A DNA stretch of 54,589 nt from Bacteroidia bacterium (GTDB lineage: Bacteria > Bacteroidota > Bacteroidia > Flavobacteriales > Flavobacteriaceae). Shown one piece after another: positions 18,879 through 27,919 of this stretch. The position numbers and the translations under genes are program-made. The stretch spans positions 1 to 54,589 of the forward strand of contig JAHHLF010000141.1 in NCBI GenBank assembly GCA_018679315.1, in the 5' to 3' direction. Within the stretch, counting starts at the first letter, position 1. Every line of letters begins with the position of its first letter. The notes under the pieces are model-generated. The model was not told the DNA's origin. It saw nothing but the letters and a program-made list of their open reading frames with translations, and searched no databases.

Positions 18879-21800
18879 ATGAGCTTAAAGCACCAAACAT
18901 ACCTAGCTGGAAAATACTCCCGAGTCGTTAGAAAAGCATTGTTCATATTGATCCTGCTTACTTTGTCGGTCGAAACTACCGCACAAGTAACCGTGCAGTT
19001 TACTTCGGCTACATATTCTGATCCTGAAAATGTGGGCGGTAATGTCCCCTCCTTATCCGTAATAGGTACTGTGCCTCTTGGATTCACCGCTACCTTTGAA
19101 GTTACTGATCTTCTCTCAGGAACTGGAACAAGTGGTACGGATTATATATACTCCGTTCCTGTACAAACGATTAGTCTACCTACCGGAACTTATTTCCCTG
19201 GATTCCAGATTCCATTGACCGCACAGACTGATTTTGCCATAAATGGAGATCTTACAGTTGAATCGGACGAAACGATTGATTTCGACCTTTCTACAACAAG
19301 TCCGCTTGTTTCTTTTGGACCTAATACTGCTGCCACGTATTTCATTCTGAATGATGATTCGGCTACTCTTACCATAACCAATCAGACTGTTGCCGAGGAT
19401 GTGGCTGCAGGGCAGATGGTCTTTACAGTCACTCTGGATAATGCCGTCGACGGCGGCACCGACGTGGATTATACATTTATCGACGGTAGTGCAACTAATG
19501 GCGATGATTATACAGGTACGCCGGACACATTGAGTTTTAACGGGACAATAGGTGAGACGGAAACCATTGTAGTACCGATCAATAATGATGCTATTGTTGA
19601 AGTCGATGAAACCTTTACTGTTGCATTAGGAATACCGACAAATAGTGCGGTTAGTGTAATTGGATCACCGGCAACGGGAACGATCACGAATGATGACAGT
19701 GCAACACTGACCATTGCCAATCAGACGGTGGCGGAAGATCTTGCAGCCGGGCAGATGGTCTTTACGGTTACGCTGAACAACGAAGTTGAAGGAGGTACCG
19801 ATGTCAATTATACATTTATCGACGGCAGTGCAACTAACGGCGATGATTATTCAGGCACGCCGGACACATTGAGTTTTAATGGGACAATAGGTGAGACGGA
19901 AACCATTCTAGTACCGATCAATAATGATGCTATTGTTGAAGTCGATGAAACCTTTACAGTCGCATTAGGAGCACCGACAGTTAGTGGAGTCAGTGTCATC
20001 GGGTCGCCGGCAACGGGAACGATCACCAATGATGACAGTGCTACATTGACCATTACTGATCAGACGGTTGCCGAGGATGTTGCAGGTGGGCAGATGGTCT
20101 TTACGGTCACGCTGGACAACGCAGTAGAAGGAGGCACCGATGTGAATTATACATTTACCGACGGCAGTGCAACAAACGGCGATGATTATACGGGTACACC
20201 GGACACCTTAAGTTTTGATGGGACGATAGGTGAGACGGAAACCATAATAGTACCGATCACTAATGACGCTTTGGTTGAAGGAGATGAGACCTTTACGGTA
20301 GCACTAGGAGCGCCGACAAATGGTGGGGTTAGTGTAATTGGATCGCCTGCGACGGGCACAATCACGAATGATGACAGCGCTACATTGACCATTACAGATG
20401 AGACAGAACTTGAAGATATTGCCGGTAACACAATGACCTTTACGGTGACTTTAGACAATGATACACCCGGCGGCACCCAGGTCTCATTTTCATTCACAGA
20501 TGGTACAGCGACCTTTGGGGATGATTATACTGGTTCGGCCAGCACACCCCTTGTTTTTGCAGGTAATGCAGGGGAAACAGCGACGATCCCGATCACACTT
20601 GTTGATGATGCTCTTATCGAGATCGATGAGACCTTTTTCGTGCAATTGGGCACGCCGACGAATGGCGTTTTATTGGCTGGTGGTGGCACAGGAACAGGAA
20701 CTATTCTCAATGATGATGATTGTGGTGGCGGAACAACGGCCCCTGAATTAAATACAGATATTCCAGCGACTTTTTGTGATGTAATAACGGAAAGTCTTAA
20801 TAATTTTGTCATAAATGCACCACCCGCGGGGACGTCCCTGATTTGGAGCATCAATCCAGATCCTCTGGAGACCAGCGGGCATTTAACACCAGCACAGGTT
20901 AATGATCCCAACCCGGGTACATATTATGGTTTTTTCTACGATTCTTTGAACAATTGTGCAAGCCCTACCCTGGAAATTACATTATCGGTAAATAATACAC
21001 CTCAGATAACAAGTACTACCTCGGACACACGATGCGGAGAAGGGGAGGTAACCCTGACAGTAGATGGGTTTATACCAGATTCGGCTACATCTCCTAATTA
21101 TGCCTGGTATGCCTCCCAGACCAGCTCAGATGTTATATCGAACCTGGCCGTATTTACACCAACAATTTTAGCCACTACGACCTTTTGGGTAGAAGCAACG
21201 GCCAATGGATGTACTTCGGAACGAGAAGGTGTTACAGCAACGGTAATACCCCCGGTCTCGGCAGGAACACCAATTGACGGTTCTGCTTGTAGTGTCGAGG
21301 CCAATGGACCTACTACGATTGATCTTGATGATCAGTTAACTGGGGCTGATGCTGGCGAGTGGACCCTCACAACCGATCCTTCTGGAAGCCTGACAATAAA
21401 TCCCAACAATAATGTTGTGAATTTTGAAGGAAGACCAGATGGAGTCTATGTATTTACGTTTACAACTACCGGAGCTGTTGCACCCTGCGTTAACGAATCT
21501 GCGGAAGTTTCGATTCTAGTTAATGATTGCGATGTTGATACCGATGGGGACGGCCTTTTTGATGGAGAAGAAGCAACCCTGGGCACAAATCCACTGGAAC
21601 AGGATACTGATGAAGACGGAATTGATGATTTTACAGAAGTTGGCCCGGATATTAACAATCCGCTGGATGAAGATAATGATGGTATTATAAATGCACTAGA
21701 TTCTAATGTCCTGGATTCTGATAATGATGGTGTCAACGACCAACAAGATCCCGGAAATTTGAATCCATGTATTCCTGATAATTTGAATGCTCTATGTGAT

Positions 21801-22931
21801 TCAGATGGCGACGGCATAACAGATGGAGATGAAATAGCCAATGGAACAGATCCATTTGATCCCTGTGATCCTAATTTAACACCCGATTGTAATCCAAATC
21901 CTATTGATCTGCAAATCGTAAAGGTCTCTGATGTACAAGAAGCTGCGATCGGACAACTTTTGGTTTTCACCATCACAGCCACAAATCTATCGGATAGCAG
22001 GATCCTGGAAACTTTGATCTTGGATAATTTACCCGATGGATTCTTATATGATTCTCATGTGGCAGATCTGGGTACGTATGATCCGGATACTGGAGAATGG
22101 GTAATAGACGAAATGCAGGAGTTTGAAGAGGCAACTTTAGATATTTTAGTCGAAGTTCTGGAAGGAACAGACTATACGAATACAGCAAGTTTGAGCAAGT
22201 CTTTTCCGGCAGATGGGAATGCGTCCAACAACTCATCAAGTGTGACTATCTCTTTAGATATACCGGAAGGGGTGGATCTTACTATCGAAAAGACAGCGGT
22301 TAGTTCCAGGCCCTTAGTAGGTGATGAAGTGACATTTACGATCAAGGTAACAAATGAATCCCTGGAAGACACAGTGATTGATATCCGGGTTGAGGATATT
22401 GTTACGCTAGGATCGGATGATGGTTTCGTCTATCTAAGCCACCAGGCTTTAAAAGGAGATTATTCACAAGAAACCGGACTATGGGATATTCCCGCCCTGG
22501 CGAAGGATGAAGAAGCTATTTTGGAGATCGTCGTACAAGTCCCGAATCCGGGAACCTATTCCAATACGGCACGTATCTTATCCTCGTCTCCAACTGACGG
22601 AGATCCATCGAACAATATATCTATTGCCGAAGTTCAGGTTAATGAGAGAACAACGGAGGATTGCGGTTTCTTTTTTAATCAATTCTCGCCGAATGGAGAC
22701 GGTACGAATGACCGCTTGAGGATCAACTGCCTGGAGCTTTATCCAAATAACTCTATAGAGATATTTAATCGCTATGGAAGTCTTGTATTTGAGGCACAAA
22801 ATATGACAGCTGAAAACACCTGGGATGGTACGCGTAATAATAAGGAAGTTCCGGACGGCACATATTTCTATATTCTGGACCTGGGTGATGGATCTGAAAT
22901 ACAAAAAGGCTGGATACAGATAATCAGATGA
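18879..22931 (+). CDS. Giant cell-surface adhesin: 5 Calx-beta repeats, Ig-like/Cys-containing modules, thrombospondin-type-3-like Asp-rich Ca-binding repeats, 2 DUF11-like repeats and a T9SS type-B C-terminal domain
   Basis: The signal peptide is followed by Calx-beta signatures (DGSATNGDDY...DETF.V.L). Further along are DTDGDG/DSDNDG repeats and LTIEKT/IVKV DUF11-like modules. The last ~90 aa (FSPNGDGTNDRLRI...IFNRYGSLVF...WDG...DGTYFYIL) match the gliding-motility-associated CTD (TIGR04131 type). Confidence 0.9.
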   Translation: MSLKHQTYLAGKYSRVVRKALFILILLTLSVETTAQVTVQFTSATYSDPENVGGNVPSLSVIGTVPLGFTATFEVTDLLSGTGTSGTDYIYSVPVQTISLPTGTYFPGFQIPLTAQTDFAINGDLTVESDETIDFDLSTTSPLVSFGPNTAATYFILNDDSATLTITNQTVAEDVAAGQMVFTVTLDNAVDGGTDVDYTFIDGSATNGDDYTGTPDTLSFNGTIGETETIVVPINNDAIVEVDETFTVALGIPTNSAVSVIGSPATGTITNDDSATLTIANQTVAEDLAAGQMVFTVTLNNEVEGGTDVNYTFIDGSATNGDDYSGTPDTLSFNGTIGETETILVPINNDAIVEVDETFTVALGAPTVSGVSVIGSPATGTITNDDSATLTITDQTVAEDVAGGQMVFTVTLDNAVEGGTDVNYTFTDGSATNGDDYTGTPDTLSFDGTIGETETIIVPITNDALVEGDETFTVALGAPTNGGVSVIGSPATGTITNDDSATLTITDETELEDIAGNTMTFTVTLDNDTPGGTQVSFSFTDGTATFGDDYTGSASTPLVFAGNAGETATIPITLVDDALIEIDETFFVQLGTPTNGVLLAGGGTGTGTILNDDDCGGGTTAPELNTDIPATFCDVITESLNNFVINAPPAGTSLIWSINPDPLETSGHLTPAQVNDPNPGTYYGFFYDSLNNCASPTLEITLSVNNTPQITSTTSDTRCGEGEVTLTVDGFIPDSATSPNYAWYASQTSSDVISNLAVFTPTILATTTFWVEATANGCTSEREGVTATVIPPVSAGTPIDGSACSVEANGPTTIDLDDQLTGADAGEWTLTTDPSGSLTINPNNNVVNFEGRPDGVYVFTFTTTGAVAPCVNESAEVSILVNDCDVDTDGDGLFDGEEATLGTNPLEQDTDEDGIDDFTEVGPDINNPLDEDNDGIINALDSNVLDSDNDGVNDQQDPGNLNPCIPDNLNALCDSDGDGITDGDEIANGTDPFDPCDPNLTPDCNPNPIDLQIVKVSDVQEAAIGQLLVFTITATNLSDSRILETLILDNLPDGFLYDSHVADLGTYDPDTGEWVIDEMQEFEEATLDILVEVLEGTDYTNTASLSKSFPADGNASNNSSSVTISLDIPEGVDLTIEKTAVSSRPLVGDEVTFTIKVTNESLEDTVIDIRVEDIVTLGSDDGFVYLSHQALKGDYSQETGLWDIPALAKDEEAILEIVVQVPNPGTYSNTARILSSSPTDGDPSNNISIAEVQVNERTTEDCGFFFNQFSPNGDGTNDRLRINCLELYPNNSIEIFNRYGSLVFEAQNMTAENTWDGTRNNKEVPDGTYFYILDLGDGSEIQKGWIQIIR
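19353..20369 (+). repeat. Three near-identical in-frame 339-bp tandem repeats (113-aa Calx-beta units) inside the adhesin gene
   Basis: Unit starts (gatga...) fall at 19353, 19692 and 20031, and a degenerate fourth unit starts at 20370. Spacing is exactly 339 bp. Long identical runs occur, e.g. 46 nt gtaccgatcaataatgatgctattgttgaagtcgatgaaaccttta shared by units 1 and 2. Confidence 0.95.
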
Positions 22932-23929
22932 GAATACGACCAGTTGACATATGGGATCGCCGGCGAATATACCTGGTTTTTGTAAGTGCCTGTCTGGCAC
23001 TTGTTGTCAGTAATGACCTGTACGGACAACGAGAGCCACAGTATACACAGTATATGTACAACATTGGCAGTTTTAACCCGGCTTATATTGGCTCTGTGTC
23101 CAGAACAGATATTTCCTTATTATACAGAAGTCAATGGATAGATATCCCCGGAGCACCCAGAACACTTAGGTTAGGCTTGAATGCCCCCCTGAAGAACAAA
23201 AAGCACGGAATTGGGTTAAATATAGTAAGCGACGAACTAGGCCCCTCCAGCCAGACATATGTAGATCTTGGCTATTCTTACCAGGTTAATTTATCAGATG
23301 AAACCAAATTAGCCTTTGGACTGGATGTTGGTGGATCATTCCTCAATTTGGATTTTAGCAAAGGGACTTTTGAAAATCCGGGCGAACCTATCCTGGAAAC
23401 AGAGATCGTTAAGAATTTCTATGCTACAATAGGCGCAGGATTATTCATGTATGGAGACAATTGGTATCTGGGTACTTCGGTTCCAAATTTCTTGACAGAT
23501 GATCTTTACAATGCTGAGGTGGCAACCATTGTTGAAGATAAATTACAGTTCAATTTCATTGGTGGCGTGGTCTTTGATCTTAACGAGAATTTAAAGTTTA
23601 AACCTGCAATTTTGGTTAATTTTATTTCAGGAGCACCGGCAACTGTTAATGGTTCTGCCAATTTCATGTTTAGTGATGTGTTTACTGCCGGGGTTTCGTA
23701 TCGAGCTAATAATGCAATAAGTGGCCTGGCTGGATTTAAAATTTCAAATACAGTGTACATAGGGTACGCTTATGATTATGCGACCACTACACTGGCCGAC
23801 TACAGTAGCGGTTCACATGAAGTGATCCTGAAGTTTTATTTAGGTAGTGCGGAACCGGATTCAGGATCGTCCAAATCCAAGTCAAAAAAAGGAAAAGCAA
23901 AACGAATCGATACGCCTAGATTTTTTTAA
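22928..23929 (+). CDS. T9SS membrane protein, PorP/SprF family
   Basis: It has the canonical N-terminal QREPQYTQYMYNIGSFNPAYIGS motif and RSQWIDIPGAP. An ATGA overlap joins it to the adhesin stop. Confidence 0.9.
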   Translation: MRIRPVDIWDRRRIYLVFVSACLALVVSNDLYGQREPQYTQYMYNIGSFNPAYIGSVSRTDISLLYRSQWIDIPGAPRTLRLGLNAPLKNKKHGIGLNIVSDELGPSSQTYVDLGYSYQVNLSDETKLAFGLDVGGSFLNLDFSKGTFENPGEPILETEIVKNFYATIGAGLFMYGDNWYLGTSVPNFLTDDLYNAEVATIVEDKLQFNFIGGVVFDLNENLKFKPAILVNFISGAPATVNGSANFMFSDVFTAGVSYRANNAISGLAGFKISNTVYIGYAYDYATTTLADYSSGSHEVILKFYLGSAEPDSGSSKSKSKKGKAKRIDTPRFF

Positions 23930-23938
23930 TAGGAGGCA

Positions 23939-25873
23939 ATGAGAATATATAGGATAATTTTAGGGCTAGTTTTATTCAGTAGCACATGCGTATGGGCTCA
24001 ACAACCTGTGTCCAAAGCTGACAAATTATTCTATGAATATTCATTTGAAGAGGCTATTGCTGAATATACCAAGGAAACGGCAAAAGGCCCTCTTAGTTTA
24101 ATACAAATAAGAAATTTGGCCGAGTCCTATGAAAAGACGGGTAACCGGGATGAAGCGCTATTATTATACAAGGACTTATTTCAACGCGACTCATCCTTCC
24201 CGCCATTCTATGTAAACAAAATGTTGAATTTGGATGTCCTAGCATCCAATTCTGAACAGCAGGCGAAGGATTTTCTAACTGCCCATCCGGATATTTTCGC
24301 AGAAGAAGTCAGGGAGAATGCTCTCTTCAACTATGATATTCGATTAGATGAGGAAGATCCGGACACTCAATTCAGAATATTTGAAATTCCTGCAAACTCC
24401 GCGCAGCTAGATTTTGCGCCAACATTTTTTGGGGATAATGTGCTCTTCACGAGTAGTCGGAGCCAGGATTCTAAAGACACCTATTTTCCGACAGGAGAGT
24501 CGTACCTGGATATTTTTTTGGCTAAAGTACAGGCTGATGGGTCCATCACCAATGCGGCACCTTATCATGTTATCGAAGAATCAAGATTCCATCAGGCAAC
24601 TCCATATTACTCCTCTAGCCTCAATAAGCTGTTCTATATACGTTCGAATGAAAAAAATGGGCGTTTGTCTTTTGATGATAATGGAAAGAATGCATTGGCA
24701 TTGGGGGTTTCAGATTTTCAGAATAAGTTTACTTTCCTGATGCGCGACCTGAGTACATCCTTCTATTACCCATTTTTTGATGAGTCTACCCAAAAATTGT
24801 TCTTTGCAGCAGAATTTGATGATAGCTATGGCGGAACAGATATTTATTTTGTGTATACCAATAACGGACAAATTATGTCTGCTCCTGTCAACTTAGGACC
24901 TAAGGTCAATTCCCCGGCCAATGAAATATCACCTTTTATCTTTGAAAACAGTTTGTATTTCGCATCTGATGTGTTTTACGGATTTGGGGGGATGGATATA
25001 TATAAGTCGGACATGGGTGACGACAATTTTTACAGCACACCCATAAATATGGGTCCTAGTATAAATTCTCCCAAAGATGAGTTCGCGTTTATTATTAGAC
25101 CTGAAGGAGAGGGTTTGATCGGATACTTTTCTTCTAACAGGGATGGGGGGCTTGGAAAAGATGATCTCTATGGATTTCGGTTGAAAAAGAAACCTGGACC
25201 CAAGACACTGATCTTTAAAGGGCAGGTAGTGAAGGCCAATACAGAATTTGGAATTTCAGATGTTACCCTTACGGTTAAAGATGAGACCGGAAAAGTAATA
25301 AAAGAGATCACAACAAACGCTCAGGGTGATTATCAGATAGAAATTCCCTGGAAAGAAGGTATTTCTGTGAGTTGCACAAAGCCCAAGTATTCGCTTTTTA
25401 GCCGACGATTTGGCGAAGAGGGACTTAAGGCCATAAAAGATAACAATGTCAATATTGAATTGGTCTACCTGGATGATATTGTCATGGATCGTGAAGATCG
25501 TAAGGTATTACGCTTAAAAAAATTCTGGTTTGATAAAGGGCAGAGTCGAATCACTCCGGACATTGAAATGGAATTAAATAAGGTTGTTGCAGCCGTATCT
25601 CAATTTCCGAACCTGCAACTGCGTATTGAAGCACATACAGATAGCAGGGGTAGTAATGCTGCTAATTCCAGACTTTCCCAGCAGCGCGCCGATGCAATTA
25701 AAAGTTATTTACGGGCCAAAGGAGTGCCGGAAAGTACTATCCTCAATAGTACCGGTTATGGGGAAGAACGCATTCTCAATAATTGCACGAACGGAGTTTA
25801 TTGCCTGGACATTCTGCATAGAAAGAATGAACGTCACCTGATCGTTATAGAGAACTACGATGTCTTGTTCTAG
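23939..25873 (+). CDS. OmpA-family peptidoglycan-binding protein with TPR-like, PD40/TolB-like beta-propeller and CarboxypepD_reg-like modules
   Basis: The C-terminus FDKGQSRITP...RIEAHTDSRGSNAANSRLSQQRADAIKSYL is an OmpA_C domain. NSP.(N/K)E(I/F)(S/A)(P/F) PD40-type repeats are recurrent. It starts 9 nt after the PorP/SprF gene. Confidence 0.85.
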   Translation: MRIYRIILGLVLFSSTCVWAQQPVSKADKLFYEYSFEEAIAEYTKETAKGPLSLIQIRNLAESYEKTGNRDEALLLYKDLFQRDSSFPPFYVNKMLNLDVLASNSEQQAKDFLTAHPDIFAEEVRENALFNYDIRLDEEDPDTQFRIFEIPANSAQLDFAPTFFGDNVLFTSSRSQDSKDTYFPTGESYLDIFLAKVQADGSITNAAPYHVIEESRFHQATPYYSSSLNKLFYIRSNEKNGRLSFDDNGKNALALGVSDFQNKFTFLMRDLSTSFYYPFFDESTQKLFFAAEFDDSYGGTDIYFVYTNNGQIMSAPVNLGPKVNSPANEISPFIFENSLYFASDVFYGFGGMDIYKSDMGDDNFYSTPINMGPSINSPKDEFAFIIRPEGEGLIGYFSSNRDGGLGKDDLYGFRLKKKPGPKTLIFKGQVVKANTEFGISDVTLTVKDETGKVIKEITTNAQGDYQIEIPWKEGISVSCTKPKYSLFSRRFGEEGLKAIKDNNVNIELVYLDDIVMDREDRKVLRLKKFWFDKGQSRITPDIEMELNKVVAAVSQFPNLQLRIEAHTDSRGSNAANSRLSQQRADAIKSYLRAKGVPESTILNSTGYGEERILNNCTNGVYCLDILHRKNERHLIVIENYDVLF

Positions 25874-27123
25874 TTGAAAAACAACCAGCAGTAATAAATA
25901 GCAAAACCCCCGAGAAAGAGCATGCCAATATAGGTTAGCCATTGTAAGCCTTTGCCAGGTCTGTATTGGCTCGGAAGATCGTGGCTCATCACATTTTTGA
26001 GATTCATATAGCCAACTACAGGAGCCAGTACAAAAGAAACAAAGGTCGCCAGAGCTACCAATTGACCCATATTTGCGCTAAAAACAGTAACGACGATATA
26101 ATTGACGAAAGCCAAAAATAGGATCCCGATTACATAATACTTTTTCCCACTAAAATCCTGTTCTTCAGGGGTAATGTGTTTTAGGATGTCTAAACTGACA
26201 CGTGCTATGGCATCATGTGCAGTCATACAGGTACTGAACATAGTAGCAAAGGCAGAAACGGCAATAAAGATATAGGCCCAACTCCCTATGTGAGTAGTGA
26301 ATAATTGAACTACCTGATCTGCAAATAGGGTAGAATTAGAACTGAGCTCGGTGTTTGTGCCATAAAGCGTAAACCATCCTATGACCAGAAAGAACACGGC
26401 TAAAAGCGCAGTCATAATGTATCCTGAATTGAATTCTTGCAGGGCTTCTTTCAGACTGGGTCTGGCCCCAAGTAGTTTGTATTTCTCCAGGCTCCACAAA
26501 CTTATCCAGCTCGAGGCTTCCACCGCTGTTGGCATCCAGCCAATAAGACTAATTAGAAATAAGATCCCAACCTCGTTAAAAATAGCCGGTGGTTCAAAAT
26601 TTACCACGGCATCTACCGGACCTTTTTGTATCACTAATAGGGTAGTTACCAAAAGAGCTACAAATAAAATGGTGATCACAAATTTCAGGGAAGTCTCCAA
26701 AAACTTATACCTGCCAAGGATTAAAATGGTACTTATAAAGACAAATAATCCTAAAGCTGTATACCCCACAGATAAATTTGGAATGTCAAATAAGTTGATG
26801 AATAATCCTGCCGTAACTACATATAAAGCTGCAAGGATGGTAAATGTAGTGATAATGGTGATCAGGGTATAGATCCACAAATATCCCTTGCCGCGAAACT
26901 TATAGCCTTCGATCAACGACCTGTTGGTGACATTGGTATATCGAATTCCAAATTCGAAAAATGGATATTTAAAGATATTCGCCAGGATAATAGGGATGAT
27001 CATGATCCAGCCATACTGTGCTCCGGCTTTGGTTGATAAAACAAGATGAGAGGTGCCAATGGCCATACTGGCAAATAGGAGTCCGGGGCCAAGATTCTTT
27101 AGTAAGGTTTTCAGGCTAGACAT
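25870..27123 (-). CDS. NRAMP-family divalent metal cation transporter
   Basis: The N-terminus is LGPGLLFASMAIGTSHLVLSTKAGAQYGW. The protein is polytopic with about 11 TM helices, 417 aa. Confidence 0.75.
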   Translation of the reverse strand: MSSLKTLLKNLGPGLLFASMAIGTSHLVLSTKAGAQYGWIMIIPIILANIFKYPFFEFGIRYTNVTNRSLIEGYKFRGKGYLWIYTLITIITTFTILAALYVVTAGLFINLFDIPNLSVGYTALGLFVFISTILILGRYKFLETSLKFVITILFVALLVTTLLVIQKGPVDAVVNFEPPAIFNEVGILFLISLIGWMPTAVEASSWISLWSLEKYKLLGARPSLKEALQEFNSGYIMTALLAVFFLVIGWFTLYGTNTELSSNSTLFADQVVQLFTTHIGSWAYIFIAVSAFATMFSTCMTAHDAIARVSLDILKHITPEEQDFSGKKYYVIGILFLAFVNYIVVTVFSANMGQLVALATFVSFVLAPVVGYMNLKNVMSHDLPSQYRPGKGLQWLTYIGMLFLGGFAIYYCWLFFN

Positions 27124-27758
27124 TATTCAATGATCACTTTATTACCCAGGAACTTGGGTTGTGTCTTCATCAAGATATCAACAAAAACTTTTACTCTGGC
27201 AAAATATTCCCGTAAATGCACTTTTAACCCCTTATTTCCCTGAACATCCTTGGCATTAAATCCTATCGCATATAAGCCGTGTTTTTGTGCCAGGTAGATA
27301 GCGCGTTCATTGTGAAATTCCTGGGAGATCACCGTGGCATTCGTCAGCCCAAAAACTTCCTTGGCCCTCACCATGGAATCCAAGGTCCGAAAACCGGCAA
27401 GATCAAGGAATATTTTCTCTTCGGGAATACCTCCTGCTATAAGATCCTTCTTCATTCTGTCCGGCTCGTTATAGTATATGGTACCATTATCCCCGCTGAC
27501 CAGTACGAATTTGATCTTTCCCGCATTATAGAGATTGATCGTCGCCTTGATCCGGTTGGTGTAGAATGGATTCAAACCACCTTCCATGAGGTGGCGGGCA
27601 GTGCCAAGAACAATCCCTACGTGATTATCGGGTAGATTATTAATATCATGATAGGTTTGTCCCCGTGAAGCCTGTTCGATGATCAGATTGCAAACGATCA
27701 AGACCAGGAAAGGAAGAATAGCAAGGGTGAAAAGAATGTTGCGTATTCTTTTTCTCAT
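27123..27758 (-). CDS. SanA/YdcF (DUF218) family envelope protein
   Basis: A TM anchor follows the ATG at 27758 (MRKRIRNILFTLAILPFLVLIV). The DUF218 core shows VLVSGDNG...EP and STLDS-like FRTLDS. Its stop overlaps the NRAMP start (TAATG). Confidence 0.75.
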   Translation of the reverse strand: MRKRIRNILFTLAILPFLVLIVCNLIIEQASRGQTYHDINNLPDNHVGIVLGTARHLMEGGLNPFYTNRIKATINLYNAGKIKFVLVSGDNGTIYYNEPDRMKKDLIAGGIPEEKIFLDLAGFRTLDSMVRAKEVFGLTNATVISQEFHNERAIYLAQKHGLYAIGFNAKDVQGNKGLKVHLREYFARVKVFVDILMKTQPKFLGNKVIIE

Positions 27759-27919
27759 TGGTTTGTTTAAAATAAAGGTAAGGAATGTTGCTTTATGAAT
27801 GGGGGCGATACTACTAAAATGCCTTAACTCATAAATGTCCATGGCTTGAACTAGAAAACAGCCTATGAAATATCACAGGCTGCTTATTTACAGGCATTAA
27901 TCCATTAGGGAACTATTAG

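Noticed and set aside
19353-20710. CRISPR-like regular repeats
   Set aside because: The repeats are 339 bp, contiguous with no spacers, in frame, and encode Calx-beta domains of the adhesin. This is not a CRISPR array.
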